From assembly GCA_964512625.1 (NCBI GenBank), contig CAZEKG010000001.1:217413-281412 (forward strand): a DNA stretch of 64,000 nt. Reading direction: 5' to 3'. Source of the stretch: an uncultured Gammaproteobacteria bacterium. Its GTDB lineage: Bacteria > Patescibacteriota > Patescibacteriia > 2-01-FULL-39-33. Shown here in pieces: positions 1-9,300 of this stretch. Below the pieces are notes generated by a model. That model did not search any database and was not told the origin of the DNA. It saw only the letters and a program-made list of their open reading frames with translations. Numbering within the stretch: the stretch's first letter is position 1; each line of letters begins with the position of its first letter. The position numbers were made by a program, and so were the translations under genes.

Positions 1-478
1 AGCGTTTGGCCGTCGGGATTTGGACTTGCATAATACCATGCGCGTCTTTGTTCGACTTAGCGTGGATATTATGCTCGCTTTCCCGATGACCGATCGAAAG
101 GAGTAAGCCGGGAGTGAAATCATACTTCTTTTCTTCCGCCCGGTAATAGCCGGCAATCTTGTTCGCCAGCTCAAACTCCATATGATGATTGTCGGTCATG
201 ATCAGCTCCGCGTACGCCGCGATAAGCTGATCATCGGAAAGTTCCTTCTTCAGTGTCGCTGAAACTTGCGCCTCAGCTTTTTCCGACTGAACCTCGGTTA
301 CTGCCGGTTGCGGAATCACAACCGCTTCCGGAAACGCCAAAGGCTCTTCATAGCTCCGATCAATCGCTAACGGGACTTCCGTCAAACGATCGGTCGCTGC
401 GAAAGCAATCTGCTCACTCTGATACTTTGCCGCCATGAAGACAGCAGCTATCAAAATCAAGCAGACGCCGATTCCCAT
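1..478 (-). CDS. lytic transglycosylase (SLT-domain) protein with N-terminal membrane anchor; the C-terminal part runs off the window edge
   Basis: Minus-strand translation reads MGIGVCLILIAAVFMAAKYQ...ESEHNIHAKSNKDAHGIMQVQIPTAKR, carrying the ES...G(L/I)MQ SLT motif. The start is either the ATG at 476-478 or the one at ~530. Confidence 0.45.
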   Translation of the reverse strand, partial: MGIGVCLILIAAVFMAAKYQSEQIAFAATDRLTEVPLAIDRSYEEPLAFPEAVVIPQPAVTEVQSEKAEAQVSATLKKELSDDQLIAAYAELIMTDNHHMEFELANKIAGYYRAEEKKYDFTPGLLLSIGHRESEHNIHAKSNKDAHGIMQVQIPTAKR

Positions 479-904
479 CTTAGAGTACTTGCCCAGCAAG
501 TACAATAAGGGCAATAGGGATCTCATCATTTCTCGTCTCCTGTGCCTCGCTAACGAGGTCCTGGGTTTGGAAGTGAACCTTGATTGGCTACCTAGCCAAC
601 CTGACATAATAGCATATTTCAGCCATTATGTCAATAATCGTCAAAAAGAACCATTTTATTTATCTAAATTTAGATAAATTATAAAATAGCCCATTAAAAA
701 GGCCTTCATAAGCTAAGGATTGTTTAAAACGACTCCCAATAAAAAACCCAAGAGAAAGATTTTCCCCAGGGTTTTAATATTTTATTAACTATGATTATTG
801 GAAAAAGCTGGCGCGCCCGAACATAAGAATCAAAAATGTCAAACTCGCCTAGCCTTCAATGGTACTACCCGATTCAAGATTGATTTGTTTCAATCTTTAT
901 TTTT

Positions 905-943
905 CCCGCCTCGACAAGCCCGGCAAAAAGCGGATGAGGCCGG
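905..943 (+). repeat. 39-bp direct repeat, copy 1 (identical to the pyrG 3' end at 9553-9591); putative left boundary of the island
   Basis: Exact 39-nt match cccgcctcgacaagcccggcaaaaagcggatgaggccgg at 905-943 and 9553-9591, in the same orientation. Confidence 0.8.
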
Positions 944-956
944 GGTTACTTGCAAC

Positions 957-992
957 AAAAAAAAACTGAGATTTTAAGGTCTCAATTTTTTT
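957..992. terminator. bidirectional rho-independent terminator
   Basis: A-run, then hairpin tgagattttaaggtctca, then T-run, located immediately 3' of the minus-strand gene ending at 1013. Confidence 0.6.
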
Positions 993-1012
993 ATTACGAA
1001 TATTAAATGAAA

Positions 1013-3550
1013 TCATTTCTTGCCTTTCTTCGCCGTTAGTTTCTTCGCCTCGGCGATTATTTCTTTCGAAACATGACTAGGCAAATCAGCGACTTTTTCG
1101 ACGCAATGTCCGCCCGGATAAGCTTTAACCGCTTCACCACTCTTAGTCATACCCCAAGCTGAAACCATAACCCCTAAATCGCGCAGCTTATTATCCTCTT
1201 TTATATAAGCACTAAGATCGTCAACTTCACCATCCATAAAAGCCATAACCGCGCGAACCCTCGGCTTGGATTTTTTCTTTTTCCCAGCCTGAACCTCGTC
1301 ATTCAAATCAGCCTCAATTACTTCTCTAACTTTTACTAGGCCGAGATGCGCCGGCGTCCCGCCGCCGATATTAGACTCCAAGCCCTTCCAAACCGCGTAT
1401 TGCTCTTTCGGTCCCCAACTTGATCCGGAAGACTTAATAACGCCGGCCGAGCCGGCTTGAAATGCGGTTAAAGAAGATTTTACATCTAAAGGCGAAATCA
1501 GCTTGCCGGCTCGCTGAGCGATGCGAGTTTTTTCGGCAAAGGAATACAAAGCGTCTTGAAGAATAAAACAAGCAAGTTGCTGTTCGTCTTTCTTTGGCAA
1601 GCCGGAAGATTCGTCAATATAATTCATAGAACTACTGCGATCAACGACGAAATGAATATCCAACCCGCTGTAATCCTGGATCATTTTATTAGTCTTCGCT
1701 TCCATCGCATACCCCTCAGGGTCGTTCGAGCCAGTCCTAATATCCCGGCCAATCATCGTCCAGCTATCAGGCTCATCGCCTATTGACCTTTTAACCGGGC
1801 CTTTAGTCGTCGCTTTCGGGACTAGATTAGTCTCGACGATTTCTTGGAACTGCGTTCTTAATTTTTCTAAGACATTAGCATACTTGAGCCTAGCCTGCCT
1901 TATTTTTTCTCTTACTATCAAAGCTTCCTCGTAAGAACATTCTGCATCTTTTGCCCACTCCCTCGCCTCCCAATCTTTTTCCCTTTCCCGAGTCTCAGCT
2001 TCTTTTTCCGCTTCTTGCATTTTACGCTTCAAATCATCAAGCTGTTCCTCCGTCAATTCCGGCGCTTCCTGTTCGCCGAAGTCACCTTCTCCCGGCTCAT
2101 CCTCCGGCAGCTCATCAGGCATTTCTTCATCCGCGTTCGGATCGCCCTCCGGCGTTGCGTCGAAACGATGCCATTTTTTATCCTCAGTATTATATACCTC
2201 CGTCCAAGCGTGCCGATTGCCCGAATTCAACGATGCGGCGCCATTGCTATCCTTACTCTTGACATAATTGCCGGTCGCCAACCTGGCTTTCACTCCCGAA
2301 GCGGATAATAAGTTTATATAATATGCGTTAGCCACATCGCAATCGGCTTGGCGATGTTCCTCGATTCCCGCGAAATAGCCGACCGGATGATTCTGATAAA
2401 CCTTATTGAACGAGCTGTCATTAGAATAAGTCAAGTAATTCCTAACGAATCTTTTAAGCTTCCTAGCCTTAACTAAATTATCCGTCTCATTTTCTATTTC
2501 CGCGAGCGCTTTTCCGGCGTCAGCCCCCGCATAAGGCGATTCGACCGCTAAGTCATTTTCATTTACTTCTAGCCGTCTTTCGGCTATCGAGCTTTCCGCT
2601 TCGCCGATCATAACTGTAAAACTGATTGGGAATTTTTCCAAGCCTCGCGAATCGATAAGCCAATTGCCATTGCCATCAATTAAAAACTTTAGTTCATCGC
2701 TGGCTTTTACAGTCCTGATATCCGGACGATAGCCGTAAGGCAAAGGGAAATCAGCCAATCTTCCGCCATTAACTTTTCCGCGGAAAACCTTTTTTGAATC
2801 TTCTTTAAGCTCGATTTCCGGTCCAGCAGTCAGCTCGCCTCGTTCAGTCTTCCAACGGGAACCGCCGGCATGTTTATTATAAACATTTTCGCGATAATAG
2901 CCGCCAAAAAACGGATGAACTGAAAAATAACCCTTATTTTCTTCCCCTTCATTTTTCTCCATTTCATCCATAGAAGTATCCATATCATCTCGGCTATCGG
3001 GCGGCATTTCCTCGTTACCTTTTTTTTCCTGACTTTCTTCCTCAACTTTTTCTTCATCTCTTAATTTTCTTAAATCACTGCGATAAGCGTAGTTTAAAAG
3101 CCCGGCAATCTTTTTATTAAAATAATCGTTCCTAACGCTTGACTGAGTGTTAGGCGAGGTTAAGACCTGAAGAGCATTAACTCTTCCTTCCTCGGTTTCC
3201 ACTCCCCTCAATTCGCTTATAACATCTTCCCAGACTTTCGAAGGCGAATAATTGTCATCTTTGGCGGCAGCTAGCAACTCTCTGACTAATCCGTCATATT
3301 CGCTCAAACCGATATCCCTCTGGTTATAAGCCGCATCGCCATTTTTTAAAGATTCGGACGAGCTAAAAATCATCTTGTCCAGCTCCTTCTTAAAATGCCT
3401 TTCCGCCGGCGTGCCCCTTGATTGCCAATCGCGCTGAGCCTCGACATCCTCGGAAGTCCTTATCCGCTCACGCCAAAAACCGGAAGATTTTTTTATTTCT
3501 TCCGATCCATTTTCTAAAATATTAGCTTTATTTTTTTCAACACTGTCCAT
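1013..3550 (-). CDS. cytoplasmic transglutaminase-like cysteine protease domain + C-terminal von Willebrand factor A (vWA) domain protein
   Basis: Cys-His-Asp transglutaminase core (QADCDVANAYY...NRHAWTEVYN...WHRFDATP). vWA MIDAS motif DRSSSM plus GGGTPAHLG. A coiled-coil/acidic linker joins the domains. No signal peptide. Confidence 0.7.
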   Translation of the reverse strand: MDSVEKNKANILENGSEEIKKSSGFWRERIRTSEDVEAQRDWQSRGTPAERHFKKELDKMIFSSSESLKNGDAAYNQRDIGLSEYDGLVRELLAAAKDDNYSPSKVWEDVISELRGVETEEGRVNALQVLTSPNTQSSVRNDYFNKKIAGLLNYAYRSDLRKLRDEEKVEEESQEKKGNEEMPPDSRDDMDTSMDEMEKNEGEENKGYFSVHPFFGGYYRENVYNKHAGGSRWKTERGELTAGPEIELKEDSKKVFRGKVNGGRLADFPLPYGYRPDIRTVKASDELKFLIDGNGNWLIDSRGLEKFPISFTVMIGEAESSIAERRLEVNENDLAVESPYAGADAGKALAEIENETDNLVKARKLKRFVRNYLTYSNDSSFNKVYQNHPVGYFAGIEEHRQADCDVANAYYINLLSASGVKARLATGNYVKSKDSNGAASLNSGNRHAWTEVYNTEDKKWHRFDATPEGDPNADEEMPDELPEDEPGEGDFGEQEAPELTEEQLDDLKRKMQEAEKEAETREREKDWEAREWAKDAECSYEEALIVREKIRQARLKYANVLEKLRTQFQEIVETNLVPKATTKGPVKRSIGDEPDSWTMIGRDIRTGSNDPEGYAMEAKTNKMIQDYSGLDIHFVVDRSSSMNYIDESSGLPKKDEQQLACFILQDALYSFAEKTRIAQRAGKLISPLDVKSSLTAFQAGSAGVIKSSGSSWGPKEQYAVWKGLESNIGGGTPAHLGLVKVREVIEADLNDEVQAGKKKKSKPRVRAVMAFMDGEVDDLSAYIKEDNKLRDLGVMVSAWGMTKSGEAVKAYPGGHCVEKVADLPSHVSKEIIAEAKKLTAKKGKK

Positions 3551-3584
3551 AGGCTTTATAAAATCTTGATTATTTCATTCTTTA

Positions 3585-4199
3585 TTACACGCTTCTGGCG
3601 ATTTTCTCTAAAAAGCTTTTTACTGCTGTAAAGTCTATATTTCTCTGATGCTTGAATTTTATCGGTTCCTTATTAATATCTTTAAAATATACTAAACTTT
3701 TTAAGACAAGATTGATATCTAAGTCGGGAAACTTTTTACTAAACACAAGCAAGATTTGACTAATCGTCAAATCTTGAAAAATAAAATACAAGTCAACATA
3801 ATCCTTATTTGTCGCGCGACTGACGATAGCTGACAATTTCATGCAGGCGATATCGACAATAGAGGCAATATTTAAATTTTCTTCTTTAATCGTCGGACTG
3901 ACTAACTTATAAGGATAAGAGAAAAAACTGATTTTGATATTATTGTCAATAAATACAGTTAAAGTATCTTTTTCATCCTGAACCTTGACTACCCGATAAT
4001 CGGCAAAAATTTCCTTTACTTTTTTAAATAAAATAGCGGTATCAATCGACTTAGGAGAAAAGAAGTCAAAATCTATACTATCGCGATGCCCCAATTGCAA
4101 AGCCAAACCCGTACCGCCGGCCAGATAAAAATCGGCTTTGAAATTTTTTAACAACGGAAGTATTTGACGCCTTTTAGCGTCTAAGATATCATAGAACAT
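3585..4199 (-). CDS. nucleotidyltransferase, AbiEii/DUF1814-like (type IV toxin-antitoxin toxin family)
   Basis: N-terminal minimal-NTase motif LAGGTGLALQLGHRDSIDFDFF (GG[TS]...DxD), ~200 aa. Tightly linked to a small upstream ORF. Confidence 0.55.
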   Translation of the reverse strand: MFYDILDAKRRQILPLLKNFKADFYLAGGTGLALQLGHRDSIDFDFFSPKSIDTAILFKKVKEIFADYRVVKVQDEKDTLTVFIDNNIKISFFSYPYKLVSPTIKEENLNIASIVDIACMKLSAIVSRATNKDYVDLYFIFQDLTISQILLVFSKKFPDLDINLVLKSLVYFKDINKEPIKFKHQRNIDFTAVKSFLEKIARSV

Positions 4200-4208
4200 A
4201 AAATTTAA

Positions 4209-4478
4209 TTAAAAACGAGAACGAGTTAATTCTCTCTCATTAATATTTAAAATCAGCGACCAATAATGCAGCGACTTATCATTTAATTCTCCCTTAGCGC
4301 CGTAATTAATAACCGCCTTCTTAATGCTTGATTTGGGATAAAAATCGAATAGCCAATCAGTAGCTTTCTTGTCGCCGAAATTAAGCAAATTCAAGATTAT
4401 CCTGACCCTATCCTTTTTAAGGTCAAGCTTACTGAAATCATTGAACCAAAAATACTTTTTTATAAACTTTGGCGGCAT
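4209..4478 (-). CDS. hypothetical 89-aa protein, possible antitoxin/partner of the AbiEii-like NTase
   Basis: Co-directional ORF with a 10-bp gap to the NTase gene. I recognise no family. Confidence 0.4.
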   Translation of the reverse strand: MPPKFIKKYFWFNDFSKLDLKKDRVRIILNLLNFGDKKATDWLFDFYPKSSIKKAVINYGAKGELNDKSLHYWSLILNINERELTRSRF

Positions 4479-4525
4479 AATATTGCTAATTTCTCCCCTA
4501 ATTATATCACATTTTAAGATTCAAA

Positions 4526-5572
4526 TCAATCGCCCGCATACCCCTTAATTACACCTAGAACGGCGTCATATTCTTCGCTGGAACCGATAATCTCCCTGTA
4601 AGAGCATAAGCTGTCATAAAGATTATCATCAAAGCCGGACAATTTCTCATTAAGCTCCTTTTTAGCCTTTAAAACCGTTTTGGGCCTTGGCCAAACCTTC
4701 AAGCCGTTGGTTTGAAGCCCTAAAACGTCGATAACTCCTGGAAATTGGCAAATATCTATTTTAGACTCAGGGATTTCTAATCCCAGCCTCTCTTTAGTAA
4801 AAGAACGGATCATTTTAACCGACTTCTCCGCAACTGGCCGATTGCCAGCCAGAAAAAGCAAGTCATCATTATACCTGATATAATGCTTTATTTTCAATTC
4901 TTTCTTAATATGCCAATCAAGCTCGTTAAGATAAATATTGGCTAAGACCTGGCTAGTTAAGTTTCCTAAGGGCAACCCCTTGCCATTTTCGCCAAAACTG
5001 ACGATTACCTGGCTTATGATATTTGAAATCAACTCATTCTTAGTTCTCTTTCTTAAAATAGCATTTAAAATATTATGATCTATGTTGCTGAAATATTTTT
5101 TAACATCCATCTTAACGGCTAATGTCCGGCGGCTGCGATACAGCCGAAAACAATTGCCGATAAAATATTTCCTAGCTAAATGAAGTCCCTTATTCGGACG
5201 GGAAGCGTAGGAATGGAAGTAAAATATTTGATCATATTTATGAAAAAGATAATCGAAGATGATTTGATGGACGACCCTGTCCCTGACCGAGGCTACATAA
5301 ATATCACGCTTCTTCGGATCGTAAATCCTAAAATGCTGATAACCGCCATGGCGATAACGACCGCTTGCCAAGTCATGATATAATGAGTTTACTTCGCTCT
5401 CAAGATTAAGCCAAAACTCCCTAACTAGCCTTTGACGAAGTTTTCCGCGACGGAATTTTTCCCATTTCCAACATATATTTTCTTTACCAAATAATAATTC
5501 ATATTCTTCTATGAGTCTCCCCCCCCCCCCCGACTCTTTTAAAGCTTCCATTTTTTCACAAACTCCGCTCAT
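4526..5572 (-). CDS. diversity-generating retroelement (DGR) reverse transcriptase
   Basis: RT motifs: YIRYNDDLLFL (motif C, YxDD-like) and the DGR-typical LPLGNLTSQVLANIYL (I/LGxxxSQ). It sits immediately downstream of a TR that has a cognate VR. Confidence 0.9.
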   Translation of the reverse strand: MSGVCEKMEALKESGGGGRLIEEYELLFGKENICWKWEKFRRGKLRQRLVREFWLNLESEVNSLYHDLASGRYRHGGYQHFRIYDPKKRDIYVASVRDRVVHQIIFDYLFHKYDQIFYFHSYASRPNKGLHLARKYFIGNCFRLYRSRRTLAVKMDVKKYFSNIDHNILNAILRKRTKNELISNIISQVIVSFGENGKGLPLGNLTSQVLANIYLNELDWHIKKELKIKHYIRYNDDLLFLAGNRPVAEKSVKMIRSFTKERLGLEIPESKIDICQFPGVIDVLGLQTNGLKVWPRPKTVLKAKKELNEKLSGFDDNLYDSLCSYREIIGSSEEYDAVLGVIKGYAGD

Positions 5573-5975
5573 TTTAAAAAGTTATTTTCTATACCGCGAA
5601 ATACTTAAATTAACTAAAGACTTTCCTAAGGTTTACCGCTACGGCTTAGGAGAAAAAAGCCAAAACGCCATCTTAAGCATAATTGAAATTACTTCTCAGG
5701 CACTTTATAGCCGGCAACCATTAAAAGAGCCTTTGATACTAAAGCTTATCGGCATCATACAAACCTTGCAGCTTTTTATCCGCTTGGCTTATGACGAAGA
5801 ACTGATAAGCGAGCGGAACTTTTTTACCCTAAGCGATCAAGTAATCGAGCTAAACAAAATGGCGGCGGGCTGGCTAACCTCCGTTCGCTCGCCATCCCAG
5901 CCTAAAGTCGAACCCTCGCCGAGAAACGGAAGCCGCTGTTCGAATTCGCATCCACATCATCCCTGTTCAAGTTGA
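5511..5975 (+). CDS. avd: Avd-like accessory protein (four-helix-bundle / 23S rRNA-IVS protein family). Start uncertain; the 3' end reads through the TR.
   Basis: DFPKVYRYGLGEKSQNAILSIIEITSQA...LILKLIGIIQTLQLFIRLAYDEELISERNFFTLSDQVIELNKMAAGWL resembles the FPKxE+YGLxSQ+RRAAVSI...SLxELxxQL...GYI four-helix-bundle pattern of DGR Avd proteins. It lies on the strand opposite to the RT, TR and target. Confidence 0.45.
   Translation: MSLPPPPDSFKASIFSQTPLILKSYFLYREILKLTKDFPKVYRYGLGEKSQNAILSIIEITSQALYSRQPLKEPLILKLIGIIQTLQLFIRLAYDEELISERNFFTLSDQVIELNKMAAGWLTSVRSPSQPKVEPSPRNGSRCSNSHPHHPCSS
5519..5531. repeat. 13-nt homopolymeric C tract (G13 on the coding strand of the RT gene, codons 14-18)
   Basis: Direct read: tctc + c x13 + gactc. 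It encodes the SGGGG stretch of the RT. Confidence 0.9.
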
Positions 5976-6034
5976 GCTGGGAATCGTCGGAATTCCAATT
6001 GCCGTTCGGCACATTGCCGTCAGAAGCGACCGGC
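5914..6034 (-). repeat. DGR template repeat (TR), 121 bp
   Basis: Aligns to 6381-6501 with 15 mismatches. Fourteen are at positions where the TR minus strand has A. In the VR frame the TR carries nine AAT/AAC codons. Confidence 0.85.
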
Positions 6035-6232
6035 CTCCGTTTCTTATCGTCCATAATCTCTTAACCCCTAAACCTGCCGAAGCAGACCTATCTAAAAACT
6101 TCCCTTGTTGACGCGTGAGGATATGTGAATCAAAGCGCTAAGAAACGCCTCCATTGCCCTTTAGCAATGCTCTGCCATAAACTCTTACGCTACCCGGCAA
6201 ACCAATTGCTTTTTTATTGGAAGTCGCTCAAA

Positions 6233-6252
6233 CCTGCCTGCCGGCAGGCAGG
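6233..6252. repeat. 20-bp perfect GC-rich palindrome (cctgcctgccggcaggcagg) between the VR and TR
   Basis: The sequence is its own reverse complement. It lies 111 nt 3' of the target-gene stop. Confidence 0.7.
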
Positions 6253-6362
6253 TACTTCGTCCGCTTAGCGGCGGGGTCAACTTCATTAAAAAACAAGGTT
6301 ATATTAGCCGGCTTTAAATTCTAAATTTAAAAATAAATAATAATCAAACTGAATTATAAAAC

Positions 6363-9300
6363 TTAAATCTTGCGAGGGATCCTCACCGAGAAACGGAAGC
6401 CGCTGCGCGAATGCGCATCCACAACATCCCCGTCCAAGACGAGCTGGGAAGCGTCGGAAAACCAAATGCCGTCCGGCACACTGCCGTCAGAAGCGACCGG
6501 CAGGTCAATAAAGCGGGAAAAAGTTCCGCCAGTGCGCCTATAATCATCAAGCGGTACGAGATCGTTTAATGCTTTGGCTTCTAAAACGCGATCTGTAAAA
6601 CGATTTTGTAGGATAAGATACTCGGCAATAGAAGTGATATTGACCATTTCTAAGGTTATGCCTTCATTCAAATCAATAAACTCTTGCTTGATCTTTTCGA
6701 ATTCCGCTTTTTGAGCGCCTAAGGCTTTATTCTTCGTTCTCTCCTCAGGCGATTGAGAGGGAGTAATTAAGGAAATATATGGAGATTCGGGAATGCTTAG
6801 GACTGCCTGGAATAGGAGTTCCGGATCTTCGCCGGCCTTTAAAAAAGGGGCGATTTCTGCTTTTAACTTATCCTTTTCCTTTATAGTCATATCAGGCTTC
6901 CCGGCGATCTTCTCCATAAAAGAAATGAGACTATCGATATAATCCCAAAGATAAGTATCGGCGACTTGACCTTCCTGCCCATCTTTCTTAAATCTCGGCT
7001 TAAGTTTTTCTATAGCCGTTTTAAGGCCTTTTATTTGAGCTAAACGCCCAGGCACGAAAAGCGGGATCTCGCCCAATTCCATTCGCGATCCGATAAGCTC
7101 GATATCTTCCTCGCTAAGATTAAAATCTTCCATATTTTCCGGCAAATGTCCGGCCATATTCCTATCGAGCCAAAAAGTTACTTCTTGATAGGCCCGCCTG
7201 TCTTTAGATAATATTTCCTGGAGATCGACTTCTAAATCCTGTTGTTCCGGATTATTCGCTTGATCTATTATTCCCGCTTCCTTAAAAGCTTCATGATAAG
7301 GATTTTTAGCGTTGAAAACAGTAAACTGGTAATTGCCATGCAGCCTTTCCAGCTCGTCAAGACTGTCGATTATTTCCCGATCGCCTTTTCCCGACTCGAC
7401 TAGCCATTTTCCTTTAAGCTCAGGAAACTTAGCGCACTCTTTAATTAAGCCGACAAAAGTAAAAGTCAAATCTTCTCCTGCCTTGTCCGGAGAAACATAC
7501 CGCCCTTTCGGCGCGGCCACCTTATCGAGCGATACTTTGACCCTTTTCTTGCCTCCATAATCGATGAATTCATCGGCGTATTCGGGGGCAGCCGGCGTAT
7601 TATCTTTTATTTCCGCTTTTCTTGGCACTCTGGGAGATAACTGCGCCAATTCCTTATCCGTTATGATATCTAAGCTTATCTTAGGGCCGGCCAAGGGTTC
7701 CAGCTTCGCATTCCCGCCGCCGGCAATAAGTCCATATTCAGCAAAAAGCTTAATGTAAAGATCCTTGTCTTCGAGATAATCATCAGCCGTAAAAGCGGTT
7801 TCCAGCCATTCGACTAATTTTTCGGAGAGAAATGATTTTAAAGACTTACCCTCTCGAGCCAATAGGCGGTATTCTTTTAACCAAAGAAAAATATCGCCCG
7901 GAGTTAGGACGCTGCCCGAAATCAGCGCTTCCGGATTGCCTCGGCTCAAGATATTATCTCGTCCGTAAAGGTTTTCGTAAGCTTGGGAAAGCGCTTGGGC
8001 TAAGCGCCAAAGTTCGCCGCCGGCTTTAGGATCGCCATCGAGAACTTCTTCCGTAATATTCTTACCGTTTTCTTCCTTATGTTTTTCATTATATATCGGC
8101 CCTAATTCCGCCTTGTTCGCCTGAATACGATTAGAATCATCCATCAGGGCGACTAAAAAGGTTTCGAACAATTCCGGGTTTTCGGCTGACTGAGGGAAAT
8201 ACTCGACCGGAATCATTTTCATTTTTCTTTGGATTTCCGGCGTATAGCTGGTGCGGCGGAATCTTGAGCCAGCCGGATTCTGGGCGCCGAGCACAATTGC
8301 TTTGGATAAGACAAGGTCTTTCGGATCGGCGCCGTTAGTAGAATAGCCTGTCGGCTCTCCGGAGCGAAGCCGATCGCACAAAGTCGCTAAAGTCCCGATA
8401 TCTTCCGCTTTATTCGCCTCATCGATAAAAACCGCCAAGCCCTGATGTTCGGGAGATGCTTGATCAGCTGTCTTTTTTCCAGTCAAACCGTATAAGACCG
8501 GGCCGTAATCCGTTCCGCCCCTAAGATTCTTATCGGCTAAAAGCTCTCTATCAACTTTCATTCTTTCATCAGCTTCCTTAATAATCGGCGCCTCGCCGGT
8601 AAAAAGCTGGGCGACAGCCTTGGCTAAAGTCGTCTTACCGGTACCCGATTGCCCTTCCAGGACGACCATTCTTAAAGTATTGGCCGAAGCGACAGCATCT
8701 TCTATCGCTTCCAATATCTTATGCCGGCTTTTAGTCCACATAAAATGATCCGGCCCGTCCAATTGTTCTTTTAACTCTTTAAGCTCGCTGAAAACCGCCC
8801 TGGCTGCCAAGTCCGGATTTTTAGCTAAAAGCTCAGCTTGCCTAGCTTTATTTTCCGCCATGGCCGAGGAAGCAATAGCTAATTCTTCCAATACCGCGCC
8901 TTTTTCTCGGCCCTGGCGCAAACCCTCAAAACGCTTCTTTTGAAGCTGGGCTTCCTCTTCTTCCCAAATATCCTCGTCATTCCTAAGCTCTTGATATTTC
9001 GGCCAATTGCCGTTAACCGAAGCCCATTGCTCGGCATACTTTTTCATCCCTTGCTCATAAACTAATCTTGTTTCTTCATCGCTGTACATCTCTTTAAGTA
9101 AAGAGAGAATTCTGGCGTTTTCCAGACGAGATTTGAATTCCTGAGTTAAGGGATTTTCGTCATCGAATATATCCATGAGAGCGAGCGACTGGGAATCTCC
9201 AGACTCTCTTTTTTCTTTAATATACTCAAGCCAAGAGTCCTTAAAGCTCTGCCAGAAACTCCAAAGAGCTTCCGCTTTCGCTTCCGGGCCTTTTTCTCTA

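Noticed and set aside
253-677. ORFs 253-438(+) and 435-677(+)
   Set aside because: Both overlap the minus-strand SLT-domain gene, including its N-terminal membrane anchor, in antisense. No motifs.
1556-3057. Four + strand ORFs (1556-1786, 1951-2262, 2015-2308, 2830-3057) and similar antisense ORFs inside other long genes (5180-5383, 7333-8029, 9175-9375, 9864-10106, 10716-11087, 12459-12683, 13211-13537, 15162-15359, 18603-18800, 20352-20543, 21315-21578, 22273-22473, 24631-25548, 27152-28061, 28745-29005, 31036-31661, 36711-36929, 37383-37873, 45714-49282, 55430-55630, 57735-58047, 58218-58593, 59625-60422, 60836-62033, 62283-62769, 62945-63160)
   Set aside because: All are embedded antisense or out of frame within well-supported longer CDSs. 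They have low-complexity or Pro/Arg/Ser-rich translations typical of shadow ORFs, especially in the GC-rich segment.
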